DNA from: Trichoplax sp. H2
Lineage: Eukaryota
NCBI GenBank assembly: GCA_003344405.1
Contig: NOWV01000134.1
Span: 124,001 to 188,000, forward strand
DNA length: 64,000 nt
Direction: 5' to 3'
Part shown: positions 26,081 through 36,910 of the stretch, one piece after another
How positions within the stretch are numbered: the stretch's first letter is position 1
How the letters are laid out: each line of letters begins with the position of its first letter
Made by a program: the position numbers and the translations under genes
The notes under the pieces: generated by a model
Seen by the model: only the letters and a program-made list of their open reading frames with translations
What the model was told of the DNA's origin: nothing
Database searches by the model: none

Positions 26081-28164
26081 TCGATTGGAAACCAATCCTA
26101 CAATGCATTGTACGCTCATGTACCGTACTGGACGTGCAGAAAGTTCGACTACCTTTTGTCAAAGTGCAAATTCATCTAATTAATGGACAATGTCTCTGTC
26201 AATTCTAAATTTCTATACTATACGCTAAGCGTGCATTCATCCTTCATCGTCGATTCTTGCATAGAGGTGGACGCATGTTTTGCACACATTTTGGGGGAAA
26301 ACGTTGCCCATTCAAAATTCCAACCGAATAACTGACAATATAATATTGGTTCACTCATAACTCAGTCAACGTTAATCAAATAAGAAATAAAAAATTAAGG
26401 CAAGAATCAATTTATTGGCAACTACTCGCTAGCTGATAACTAACAAAGAGAGGCAAGCATACATGAAAGACATACGGCATGGCATGTTGGAAGATTGTCA
26501 TTTTGAATTTTTTCAAATGATTCATTATTTTCAAAGTTAGAGTGTAAACAATGTTCAGTTACCAACGACAGTATGGAATAACCAGGCCAGTAGCAGGAGT
26601 GTACTGTAGTATATATTATATCTAGTGATGAGATAATAAGTACTTCTAATCCTTCTGCTATGTTCTGACAGTTATCTGCTGGAACGTAATACGATCTATA
26701 CTAATAGTATTGCATAATATAGTTTTATACTGTATGTAGCACATTAAGTCATGGCGCATTGTGAGTAGACTATAAAACGAGTTGTTGGCCAATGCCACCA
26801 GGAATTGTGATTATACAGGCAGCTGGAGCTATATTAGTGCTTTGGAGTAATAAAGGTCCTTATTTCCATGATTAAAAGGGTGCTTGTATTGCCTGTGAAG
26901 AATCCTTAACCTCCCTAGGATCCAGTGATCATAACATTAAGTAATAAATTCAAGCAACATATCATACTGTGCTGTACATTGCCGTCAAGTACTGCTAGGT
27001 GTGATTGAGTAGCGCGCTTATCACGTAACTATTGATCTTATGTCATGTTAATAATTAGTAATACTGTAGATAGGCTATGGTTAATCCCTGAAGTTGGACT
27101 TTGCTCATCTTTGCAATGCAGATCTTAAAGATGACAGTACCACTTGAAGCGGCACTATTCACCGCATAGGATGATGTAAATAAAGGTAATAATTCTCGAA
27201 TATTTGAACTTTATTTCGGGCATTGTGCAACTTCGAGTTAGTTCAGAACTGATTGAACTGTTTTACAAGTTGATATTGCCTACGGTAGCATCTGCAATCG
27301 ATAAACGACCGTACAGTACAGTAGACTACTGAAATTGATAAAAGGTAGATCAACTTATCCGGTGAGCTGTCCCTAAGGTTTCCTATGTGCTGTAACTACA
27401 AAAATTAAAGAATAGATTATCACGAGCTAGATTCTCCTAATTTTAGAAACTTGAATCAGGAGGATCGGAAAGGAGCATTTACAGTAGTGAAATGCGATGT
27501 AGAACGTCGCAAAGTGATATCTTGTCCTTTCGTGATAATCAGGCGTAAGCTAGTACAATAAGACAAAAGTAGAAATTTTAAATATCTCCAGCGACGTCCA
27601 TAGGTAGAGTACTGTACAACTAACAATATTTACTGTAGAAAGTGCTAACAGTATCCCAAATACGAAGGGTCGTTTCTTACAGTTGAAGAGGAACTTGTTA
27701 TTGTCTTAAATACGCGAACGTCAGATCATGAAGTCATTAAGGAAATGAGATTTTAAGCATTAGCAAGCTCTCATATCTAAAATCGTATAGAAGTTCTAAA
27801 ATTGCCCGCAATAATATTTCTACAGACGACTATACGCGTACATGTTTTTATTTTCATGATCGAATTTTGGGTAGCGGCATGAATTCTTCCTAAAACTGGA
27901 TGAGCGATTTGTACATGTAATCACCTTTTGTGACGAGAATTATTTCATTATCCACAAAATGCAGATACTTTCAAGATCAAAATTACAAACAGCGTCAACA
28001 CTATATTAAGCGCTATTTCGTACAGTATACAGATACACTTACAATTTTCAAATAATAGTTTTACTTGGAGTTCGAAATTTTGCAAATTTTATAATATATA
28101 ATTTAATAGAGTACATTAACGACATCAGAAAAGGCCTATTCAAAATCAATGATGCTTCTACAGT

Positions 28165-28590
28165 TTATGAGTAGTCGTCGAGCACATCATTGCATTGTCT
28201 TTCAAACTTTCTGATGTAAGATTCAACCTCATGATCAAATCGCAACATCTGCCTTGCATTTTCTAATTTTATAACCTCTTCAAACGTCATATCATCTTCG
28301 TCTTTTGCTAATTGTATAAACGGACACTTGGAGGAATGCTTTTCATGCTCTTGAAAAGGATCGTCATTTTGTTCCCAACCGTCGAGCTCCTTCATGCAAG
28401 CAAAGCAAGTCACACAATCTGGATAATCCGAAGTTGGCGTATGATAAAATCCTGCTTTAGCCATTTTTTCTGCTACACATTTGGATTTCCTTTTGAAGGG
28501 CCAATTTTGGAAAGTATGCAACCTTGCAACATAACTGTGCATAGTAAAATGGACCGGAAAATTTTCCTCTATTGCTTTGGTAGAAGTCAT
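28165..28590 (-). CDS. BIRC5: Survivin-type single-BIR protein, intronless
   Basis: ATG at 28590. RLHTFQNWPF..MAKAGF..D.VTCFACMKELDGWEQNDDPFQEHEKHSSKCPF carries the Zn-binding Cys/His set, followed by a helical C-terminal tail with no RING domain. Confidence 0.92.
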   Translation of the reverse strand: MTSTKAIEENFPVHFTMHSYVARLHTFQNWPFKRKSKCVAEKMAKAGFYHTPTSDYPDCVTCFACMKELDGWEQNDDPFQEHEKHSSKCPFIQLAKDEDDMTFEEVIKLENARQMLRFDHEVESYIRKFERQCNDVLDDYS

Positions 28591-28700
28591 AACCAACGCA
28601 GTAATGCTTGCCAGTGGTTCCTAGTATGAACAAATCAATCCGTAATAACCAACGCAGTAATTCTTGCCAGTGGTTCCTTGTATGAACAAATCAATCAGTA
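28589..28700. repeat. Two-copy ~56-bp direct repeat abutting the survivin start codon
   Basis: ATAACCAACGCAGTAAT.CTTGCCAGTGGTTCCT.GTATGAACAAATCAATC.GTA occurs twice in tandem. Confidence 0.9.
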
Positions 28701-28844
28701 ATAAATAACGAGGACACTCGATAGAAATTTCAGCTTATCAAGTTGAAATGATGAAGAGATGATATTTACGTTTGCGTTATTTACGTAATGGCAAGCGAGT
28801 AACTGCTGATGATTTCTTACGAAAGAGTTGTAACGGTTTTTGTT

Positions 28845-29530
28845 TTCAGTACAGTACTGTACAGTACTAACTGTACAGTACGTCGTACACTACAGTACAG
28901 TACTGTACTGTAAGTTTATGGGTGGTTGAATGGTTAAGCATTTGAATTAGCCGCCACCTTTCAAGACATTCATTCCATAGTAATTCATTCTGTTCGTTCA
29001 CTATTGATCCACCTTCACCTTCAAGACGTTGACACGACAGATCGAAGGCAAAACAGTACTTTTACCACAGAGGTATGAACTGCTAGATACTGTACTGTAC
29101 CCGTGTACCGGTGTACGGTACCATATACTCGTGCCGTACCGCTCCGTGCCATACCGTACCGTACCGTACTGTACAAGTACTTCCCATACCATCAAGACCT
29201 TTACACTGTACGAACCGATTACAGTACTGTACTGTACAGTGTACAGTAAATAGTAGTACTGTACAGTACAGTACGATACTGTATGTAGTAAGTACTGTAG
29301 GCCTCATAAAAGTTCAGTACCTGGACTGGACTGGACTGGACTAACAGTACAGTACAGTAGTGTAAAAATAATAATAATTACTGACTGGATTGTACTGTAC
29401 ACTGTACTGTACACTCCTATAGATTTTAACTTGATATTCAGAAATGTCTCGAACGATAGCATCTACAGTACTGTATGTTTGGTTGCGCACGGTACGGTAC
29501 GGTACGGCACGATACGGTACGGTACATGGA
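28845..29530. repeat. ACAGT/GTACC/GGACT pentamer cluster in the divergent survivin-ZDHHC intergenic region
   Basis: Runs such as CAGTACAGTACTGTACAGTAC, ACCGTACCGTACCGTAC, CTGGACTGGACTGGACTGGACT and GGTACGGTACGGTAC. Confidence 0.85.
28941..28955 (-). promoter_or_regulatory. Putative CDE-CHR (DREAM/MuvB) cell-cycle element upstream of survivin
   Basis: Minus strand reads GGCGG-CTAA-TTCAAA, i.e. a CDE-like core, a 4-nt spacer and a TTYRAA CHR, ~350 bp upstream of the BIRC5 ATG. Confidence 0.5.
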
Positions 29531-29661
29531 CCACACCTTCTGTGTGGGCAACGTTGTGTTTCTTGTTTTTGCATAACAAACTCTACTTGGCAAAGCCAGA
29601 ATGAATGCAGATGTAAATTACCCATCCCTAAATAGACTAACCAACGAAACTTTCTAAACTC

Positions 29662-32600
29662 ATGTCTTCAAATCCAGAATCGAACTCACTCCTTCTACAG
29701 CTCATTAAAGCTGTAAAAAACGGGTAAATCATTGTCGATCTTTAGCATAATCATCGATGTCTATAGTCAACAAATGCTGTACTGGACAATTTTCTTCTTC
29801 GAGGATGGGTATGCTCGACAGTCGAGAGGGTTTACTGTGGAAACAAAATTCTATAATTTGTACTATGAATTATTGATTGATAAGGAATGAATGAATAGAC
29901 TATTAATGTACTATATCTGCGTCGTTATAAGCTATACTAAAGTACATGGATAGCTACCTTGGCTTAGACATCTAGTCCATTGTACTTGTTTTCCATAAAT
30001 TTACATACCGTTTTACGATACTGTACACATATCAAAATCGCTGCACCATGCGTAAACTTACACGTAATTTTAAAGGGTGATGCCCTGATATGTGATAGAG
30101 GAAGTATTGAATAGGTGATATGAACACCGATAGAAACTGACCGAATTACTGTAAAATAACCACCTAAATGACAATAGCAAGATCCCTTCCAGCACTGGGG
30201 ATAACGATAAAATACTATAATCTTGCGCATAAAACTATAGTATTTCTTGTTAATCTAGGAAATTTTTAGAATAATAATTCTTTATTTATAACATTGTTCA
30301 GAGTTTGTAAAAACCGTATTGATTCGATTGAATAATTTTATATCATTAATAGGGATGTGAAAATGTGTAAATGTATAATCGATGGTAGTTGTAACGGCAA
30401 CTTAGTCAGTGAATTGGATCAGCATGGATACAGTGCGTTGCATTGGGCGTGCATCGCTGGTCATTCAGAGGTCGTACAATATTTAATTGATGTCGGTGCT
30501 AATATTGATTGTGCTAGTATGAGTAAACTAAGTGTGAAGCCCATTCATTGTGCGTGCACATATGGGCATACACTGTCGGTGGAAATGTTGTTTCAAGCTG
30601 GTGCCGATATTAATGCCAAAGACAGTTATGGACGAACACCACTGATTACTGCTGTTCAGAATGATTATACGCTGTTGGTAGCGTATTTGACTACTAAAAG
30701 GGCTGCAATCGACCTTACGGATATACATGGTGAAACGCCCTTACATTGGGCGGCTCACAAAGGTTGTATCAGCTGATCTCTTTAAGTTTAGCTTCGATGG
30801 ATAAAAGTATTAATGATACCTATCTACAAATTAAATTGAAATATTACTGTAGTACTTTGCTTTGAATTAGCCAGAAACTTGTTGTATAGTAATCGAAACT
30901 TATAACTCATAGAAAAGAGGGATTATACACTTTGATTTAGTGCCAGTAGTTAGAAATTTACTAATTTCTTGCAGTATCTGAAATGTGCAAGATATCCGTA
31001 ATAATATATTACTGATGGCAATACTCTACATAGGTTGTAGAGATATAACCAGAATTCTTATAAATGAAGGAGCTGACCCGAATGCAAAGGATAATTTCGA
31101 TCAGGTTCACTTGATTTTTAGCAAATAAAATAAGCATTCAATGAATATTTTATTTTATGGATTACTTAAGTATATTTATCATCTTTCATCGTAAAAACGA
31201 TCTCTGCAAATTTTTCCCATAAAAATTAAATTTCTTGAATTTTATACTGTATATCTACTCTTCTTGCGTCAATAATGTCGTATTTTTTTACCAGACACCA
31301 CTCCATTTGGCTGCATCACATGGTAGTGTTGTAGTTGTAGAGATGGTTGCTAATGCCGTGAGTTCATTTCTTATTTCAGATTATTGTCTTGTCTTGAATT
31401 TACATATTTTACATATTAAGTAATTCTGCCTTTAAAAATTTGTCGTGTATTCACTAATATAGGGAGGTAGTGTTACCAGTTTAACGGAAGATGGCTTAAA
31501 CCCAATTGATGTTGCTGAAAAGAAAAAAAATGATGCAGCTGCCGATTATCTGAAAATGTTGAAATCTGGAGGGTGTGGTTTTCTTAATTGTAATTGGAGG
31601 TGAATGCTTTCTCTATTTATTTAAATTTTAATGGTAATTGGAGAGGTAATTTTAGTGCGAATTTATGATATTAATTTTCATATTGACGAATTTCAATAAA
31701 TTGACAATTAGAACAATTATAACTGGACCTAGCAGAGAAACCTATCTCCCTGTTGGTTTCATGCTTATCACATTATTCTGTATGGGCTATCCAATGTATG
31801 CCTTGAAGGTAGATATATTCATATGTTATTGAAATTGATTACTCCACTTAATGTAATAGAAAGTATTAGCATCAGTAGTCAATGATTGAATTTTAATAAT
31901 TACATAATTTGGTTAAAGTAATGTTAATTTTTTGTTATAGCTGTATCGTTACGTCATATCAACAGCACCTCGGATACATGTAGTCTTTCTTTTATCCAAT
32001 GCGACATTATGGCTATTTTTATTGCTTACTTATTACACAAACCCAGGATATATTCCGAAAAAGACTGGATTCTACGAGAAGGCACTTAAGGAAGTAAGAC
32101 AGTACTGTTAATATTTCATTAAAAATATCGATAACTTTGAAATCATTTCTCTTGATACTAAGAATATGAATGATTAAAAGGTACATAAATATGATGGATG
32201 TACACTAAACAAGAACCCTTTACAACGCCTCTGTCATACATGTAAAATAATAAAGCCGTTACGTGCGAAACACTGTCGAGTATGCAATAGATGCGTTGGC
32301 CATTTCGACCATCACTGTCCCTATGTTTTAAATTGCGTTGGTTACAGAAATCGGTAAAATTGTATAGGAGTAGTTTACTATATAAACTGACATAACTCAT
32401 ATGATGTGCATGCAAACAATTGGTACTAGCTTTTGTTGATATATCATTTTTTGTGATAGTGCCTTTTTCCTAGTTTTTGTCGCATCATGCTATGTTGCAT
32501 GTAGTATTGTAGTATACTATGCAATACATGCAATCAGGACGGAAGGATTTTCTTGGATATTGAGCGCATTTATATTCCACTTTTCCCTGCTCGATTTTAT

Positions 32601-32929
32601 GCTTTTAGGATTACTACTTTCTCACGTATGTAACTGTTGACAACTGTATTTCTACGTACTATTTTGCCATGTATGTTAATACGTCAATTCATTTTATTGA
32701 CTTCATCTCCTTTAATTTTTTGTCTCTACTATAGATTTACTTGGCCGCGGCAAACTTAACAACCAACGAATATTTGAATTCATCACGATACCCCTATCTC
32801 CGTAGTTCATCGGGATTGTATCGAAATCCTTTTCATCGTGGATTACTGTACAACTGTTGTGAGCACTTTCATTTGATTCGTCCTTTCAAATTTGATAACT
32901 TGGGTGATAATGGAAAAAAAAATATTTAA
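29662..32929 (+). CDS. Ankyrin-repeat DHHC palmitoyltransferase (HIP14/ZDHHC17/ZDHHC13/Akr1-like), multi-exon
   Basis: Exon 1 at 29662-29723 joins exon 2 at 30353-30762 (ankyrin repeats ALHWAC, PIHCAC, TPLITA, TPLHWA). Further ankyrin and TM exons follow, then the DHHC exon ~32163-32352 ([40 protein letters not shown]) and a last exon [15 protein letters not shown] ending at 32929. Confidence 0.92.
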
Positions 32930-34540
32930 AGTAATTGTTTATCAGCAGTAGATATACATGCAGGTACTGATATTCTTTCTGCTTGTAATACAACATTGCA
33001 TGTTTGGGCATTTTAATCTAAAACTTTTCAGTCTATTGCAACCACTGAAACACAGTATTCGCTAGTAATTGACTAGTGTTGATAACGATGAAATGATTGT
33101 TCCTTCTGGAGTAACTCATCTAGAACTTGATGATAATAATGGTCAATTTTGTATTTATTTCAATTTCTCAGAAACTTATTACATATATCACTAATAGAGT
33201 ACATGAAATGTACATCAATAGTCATAAACTTTAATTATACAGCTGGTAATATTATTGTAACTTCTCACTGAACATTGAACAGGATTGTTAAGCATGGCAC
33301 GTATCATGGTGTAGGCTATATGGCATATTAGAATTGAAGTACTGTAAATTATTATCCATTGTTAGATTTCGTATATTTTTTTATTATATTCGAAGACATT
33401 CGTTAATGTGTCAAACCTTTGCAAATACAAGTGCAGAGTTGCTTGAACTGTTTCACGACAACAATAAAACTATTTAAATAACTAAAAGTTTGTCGAGAAT
33501 AATAGCTGATTGCACCAATGAGATGCAATTGACAGTGAATTGCTTTACTAACCATAGTAGAAATACGAAGACGTCTGTGAGCTCGTTTCGTAGTTCATTC
33601 AGCAACATTCAACGCAATGACATTGTATGAACAAGAATAAAGTAGAGATTCATAAGTTTAATTTTGTTTTTTTTGCAATAGTAAGTTAGTATTTATTGGA
33701 CACTTTGACAACCTACAATAGAATAATAGCTGACAGCAATATACTGAATGTGATCAAGAGTTCTGATTACATTGTAATTTTGCATTATCCTTTATTTGAA
33801 TACAACAGTCATTGATACATTCTATCCATTGCTAAAGTTTGCAGTGCGAACTGTCGTTTTTACACGAATTAATAACCAACCTAGCAAATGCTGTTCGAAT
33901 TTTGATTTTTCTCTACTTCAATCTTTACGATATGTTTAATTAAGACATCAGAAGTGAATAGGACTAGTCATGGGCTACACGTAATGTACAGGTCCAACAA
34001 AAAAAGCTTAAGTCACAGTTGCTAATTCTATCTGCCCACAAATAAGTATTATGTAATAGTATCGGATCTAAAAACGAAGACAACATGCAGAGCAGCAGCC
34101 AAGTTTATTTGATATTTTGACACATGTGTCTTACTAGACTTATAAGCGAACAGCACCGAATATACAGTACAACGCATTTATCCATTATAATAAACTGAAA
34201 TATGTCGACAATTTCCACAGAGAAAGTTTTCGACAAATGAGTGTCCTGTGCGGTTGGTTATTTATACGTAGATTAGACTTGTAGTTATATACTATAGGTC
34301 TCCATTCTTAATTAATTATTTTGGTACTCGTACGTAAATAAATTTAAATTGGAAAAAGGCGCTCGAAGTCAAGCAGTAGTTATACCGCGGTCATTAGATA
34401 CCGTACTTCTTGTAACTTTATCCAGTAATATCCAAGATTGACAATTTCTCGAATGTTTCTCTATATCGTATATTATATACTTGAGTGCCTCATTACTAGG
34501 GCCAATGCGAGGCCGTAAGATACGACCCAATATTGCGAAA

Positions 34541-35314
34541 TCAAAGCATTGTAGACATATTATTGGTGGAAAGGTGCATTACCAGAAATCCAATTATCAG
34601 GAGTAAGTATGACGAAGCAAGCGTTGAAGATTGAGCGGCATTGATGTTGTGATAGTACTTGGCTACATCGCTGTTTGGGTTGGCTGCCGTCTCAAACCAA
34701 GGCTTCATGCACGGTTTATCATCGCTTTGGTACTTAAATGAATAATGCCACAAACCCTCACAAAAACCTTTGCTTGTTTTAAAGATCTGACCGAACGTTT
34801 TGCAAGTGTTATTTGCTTTACAGTGATTACTACGATTGATCCACTTCCAATCGTAACGCCAATCGCCACTACAAGTCTTATCATTTTCACATGCAGCAAA
34901 CCAGTTATCACAAAAACTGGCACAAATAGGTACATGCATAAAGCGTTCACTACGACGCGAAGAGGATGCATTGACTATCCATGGACCTACGTTAGGTGAG
35001 CATTCATAAAAGCAGGAATCCTGCACCATATAACGATAGCACTGGCTGGATAAATTGCCACAGTGATCCCATCTAAAATTGTATAGCACCTGATTTGCAG
35101 TTAATGATAACTCCTTTACGGTTGCTGGAGTACAGCATGAACGCGCCTTCCAAGGCTTGCACTCAACTAAATCTTGCTCTGGAGTAGGCACTTTTTTATG
35201 ATAACTTGAAGCGATGCATGTATTTAACGTATCTCGCGGGGATTGACTGGCGATAGCGATTGTTGACCAAGCTAGTGTTAGCCATGCAAGCAGAATGATG
35301 CAGCGAAAAGTCAT
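34541..35314 (-). CDS. FOLR: Folate receptor family protein (FOLR/riboflavin-binding protein/JUNO family), secreted and GPI-anchor-like, 257 aa
   Basis: Signal peptide, HKKVPTPE, CKPWKARSCCT, LYNFRWDHCG, QDSCFYECSPNVGPW, VPIC..FCDNWFAAC, C..LWHYSF, NPNSDVAKYY and a hydrophobic C-terminus. The CDS is intronless. Confidence 0.93.
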   Translation of the reverse strand: MTFRCIILLAWLTLAWSTIAIASQSPRDTLNTCIASSYHKKVPTPEQDLVECKPWKARSCCTPATVKELSLTANQVLYNFRWDHCGNLSSQCYRYMVQDSCFYECSPNVGPWIVNASSSRRSERFMHVPICASFCDNWFAACENDKTCSGDWRYDWKWINRSNHCKANNTCKTFGQIFKTSKGFCEGLWHYSFKYQSDDKPCMKPWFETAANPNSDVAKYYHNINAAQSSTLASSYLLLIIGFLVMHLSTNNMSTML

Positions 35315-35597
35315 CTTTCATTAATTTATTATAATGATTATCGGGATACAAACTAGCACCGAGTTCGAGAAGACCTCCTCACGAAAATAGATAATCCTGC
35401 AAACAAAGTCAAATAAAAAAAATTTCATTACCAGATGATCCTTACGGTAAAATTCATCAAAAATCTCAAACAGATGGTGATCAACGATTCCATCCTTGAT
35501 CAAACTATATCGTACACTTGCATGAACCATGAATTTGAATCAAATTCTTCAGCAATGGCTACCTACCTGTTGCCCAATTTGGCCCTTTCTGTCCACG

Positions 35598-36910
35598 CTA
35601 CTGATTGCAGTGGAACATTTGAATTCAAGACTTGCTGTCGTACCAGTCATGGGGAGTACGGTACTGTCAGCTGTTTTTGCCCGTGAGCCATTGCACGCTT
35701 CAGTACCGTACTGTATACTGCACACTGCACGGTCAAATGTAGTAAAAACACGTGTGCACAGTACACCGGTCTCACCATCGGGTCTTTCTATTTTTATACT
35801 GCACTGTGAGGGACGGTGCCGCCGGCACCCTACGGTGCCAGTGACAGTGGGTCAGTGCGTCTCGTCGTGGACGGATGGATGACTAGAAAATGAAATCTAC
35901 AGTGCAGTACAGTACTGTACGCACACTTACTGACTAGAGTACTTTGTACTGTGTGTATCATAACATTTTGTCACTTTCGGGCAATATTTTTCTTTAAGAA
36001 TAGAGTAAAGCTATAATAGAATGATATACAGTAGTATTTGCTTATTAAGATCACTGGTTGAGGCTTTTCAAAGTGACAAAATACTTTGATACACACTGTA
36101 CACTGTACTGTACAGTACAAGATCGACTGAAGTCTTGGCAGCCAATCCTACAGTACTATACACTGTACACTACAGTACTGTATGTGAAGAAAAGCGTGAC
36201 AGAGACACGTGACAAAGTTTATTTCTGGCCTGACCTGACCAAACCGGACCGGACGTCCGGAACACCGGCTGGTCGACAAAGAAAGAGGAAAAAGTTGCTC
36301 ACTGTAAAGCTGCTCTTTATTGAATCAATTGCTTTTGGATAAATTGNNNNNNNNNNNNNNNNNNNNCTACTGATTGCAGTGGAACATTTGAATTCAAGAC
36401 TTGCTGTCGTACCAGTCATGGGGAGTACGGTACTGTCAGCTGTTTTTGCCCGTGAGCCATTGCACGCTTCAGTACCGTACTGTATACTGCACACTGCACG
36501 GTCAAATGTAGTAAAACACGTGTGCACAGTACACCGGTCTCACCATCGGGTCTTTTTATTTTTATACTGCACTATGAGGGACGGCGCGCCGGTACCCTAC
36601 GGTGCCAGTGAGTCAGTGCGTCTCGTCGTGGACGGATGGATGACTAGAAAATGAAATCTACTGTACTGTACAGTACTGTACTGTACAAGATCGACTGAAG
36701 TCTTGGCAGCCAATCCTACAGTACTATACACTGTACACTACAGTATGTCAAGAAAAGCGTGACAGAGACACGTGACAAAGTTTATTTCTGGCCTGACCTG
36801 ACCAAACCGGACCGGACGTCCGGAACACCGGCTGGTCGACAAAGAAAGAGGAAAAGTTGCTCACTGTAAAGCTGCTCTCTTTATTGAATCAATTGCTTTT
36901 GGATAAATTG
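35598..36910. repeat. Near-identical duplication (35598-36346 vs 36367-36910) on either side of a 20-N assembly gap
   Basis: Both copies start CTACTGATTGCAGTGGAAC and end GCTTTTGGATAAATTG. The second copy lacks ~200 bp internally and differs by several SNPs/indels. Confidence 0.92.

Noticed and set aside
25465-26183. Overlapping ORFs rich in Y/C/T/V
   Set aside because: They are translations of ACAGT/ACTGT low-complexity repeats.
29001-29635. Six short ORFs such as VRYGTVRYG and TVPYRTVP
   Set aside because: They are products of GTACG/GTACC pentamer repeats in a promoter region.
35435-36654. ORFs within the gap-flanking duplication
   Set aside because: They are repeat-derived, lack known motifs, and their frames differ between the two copies.
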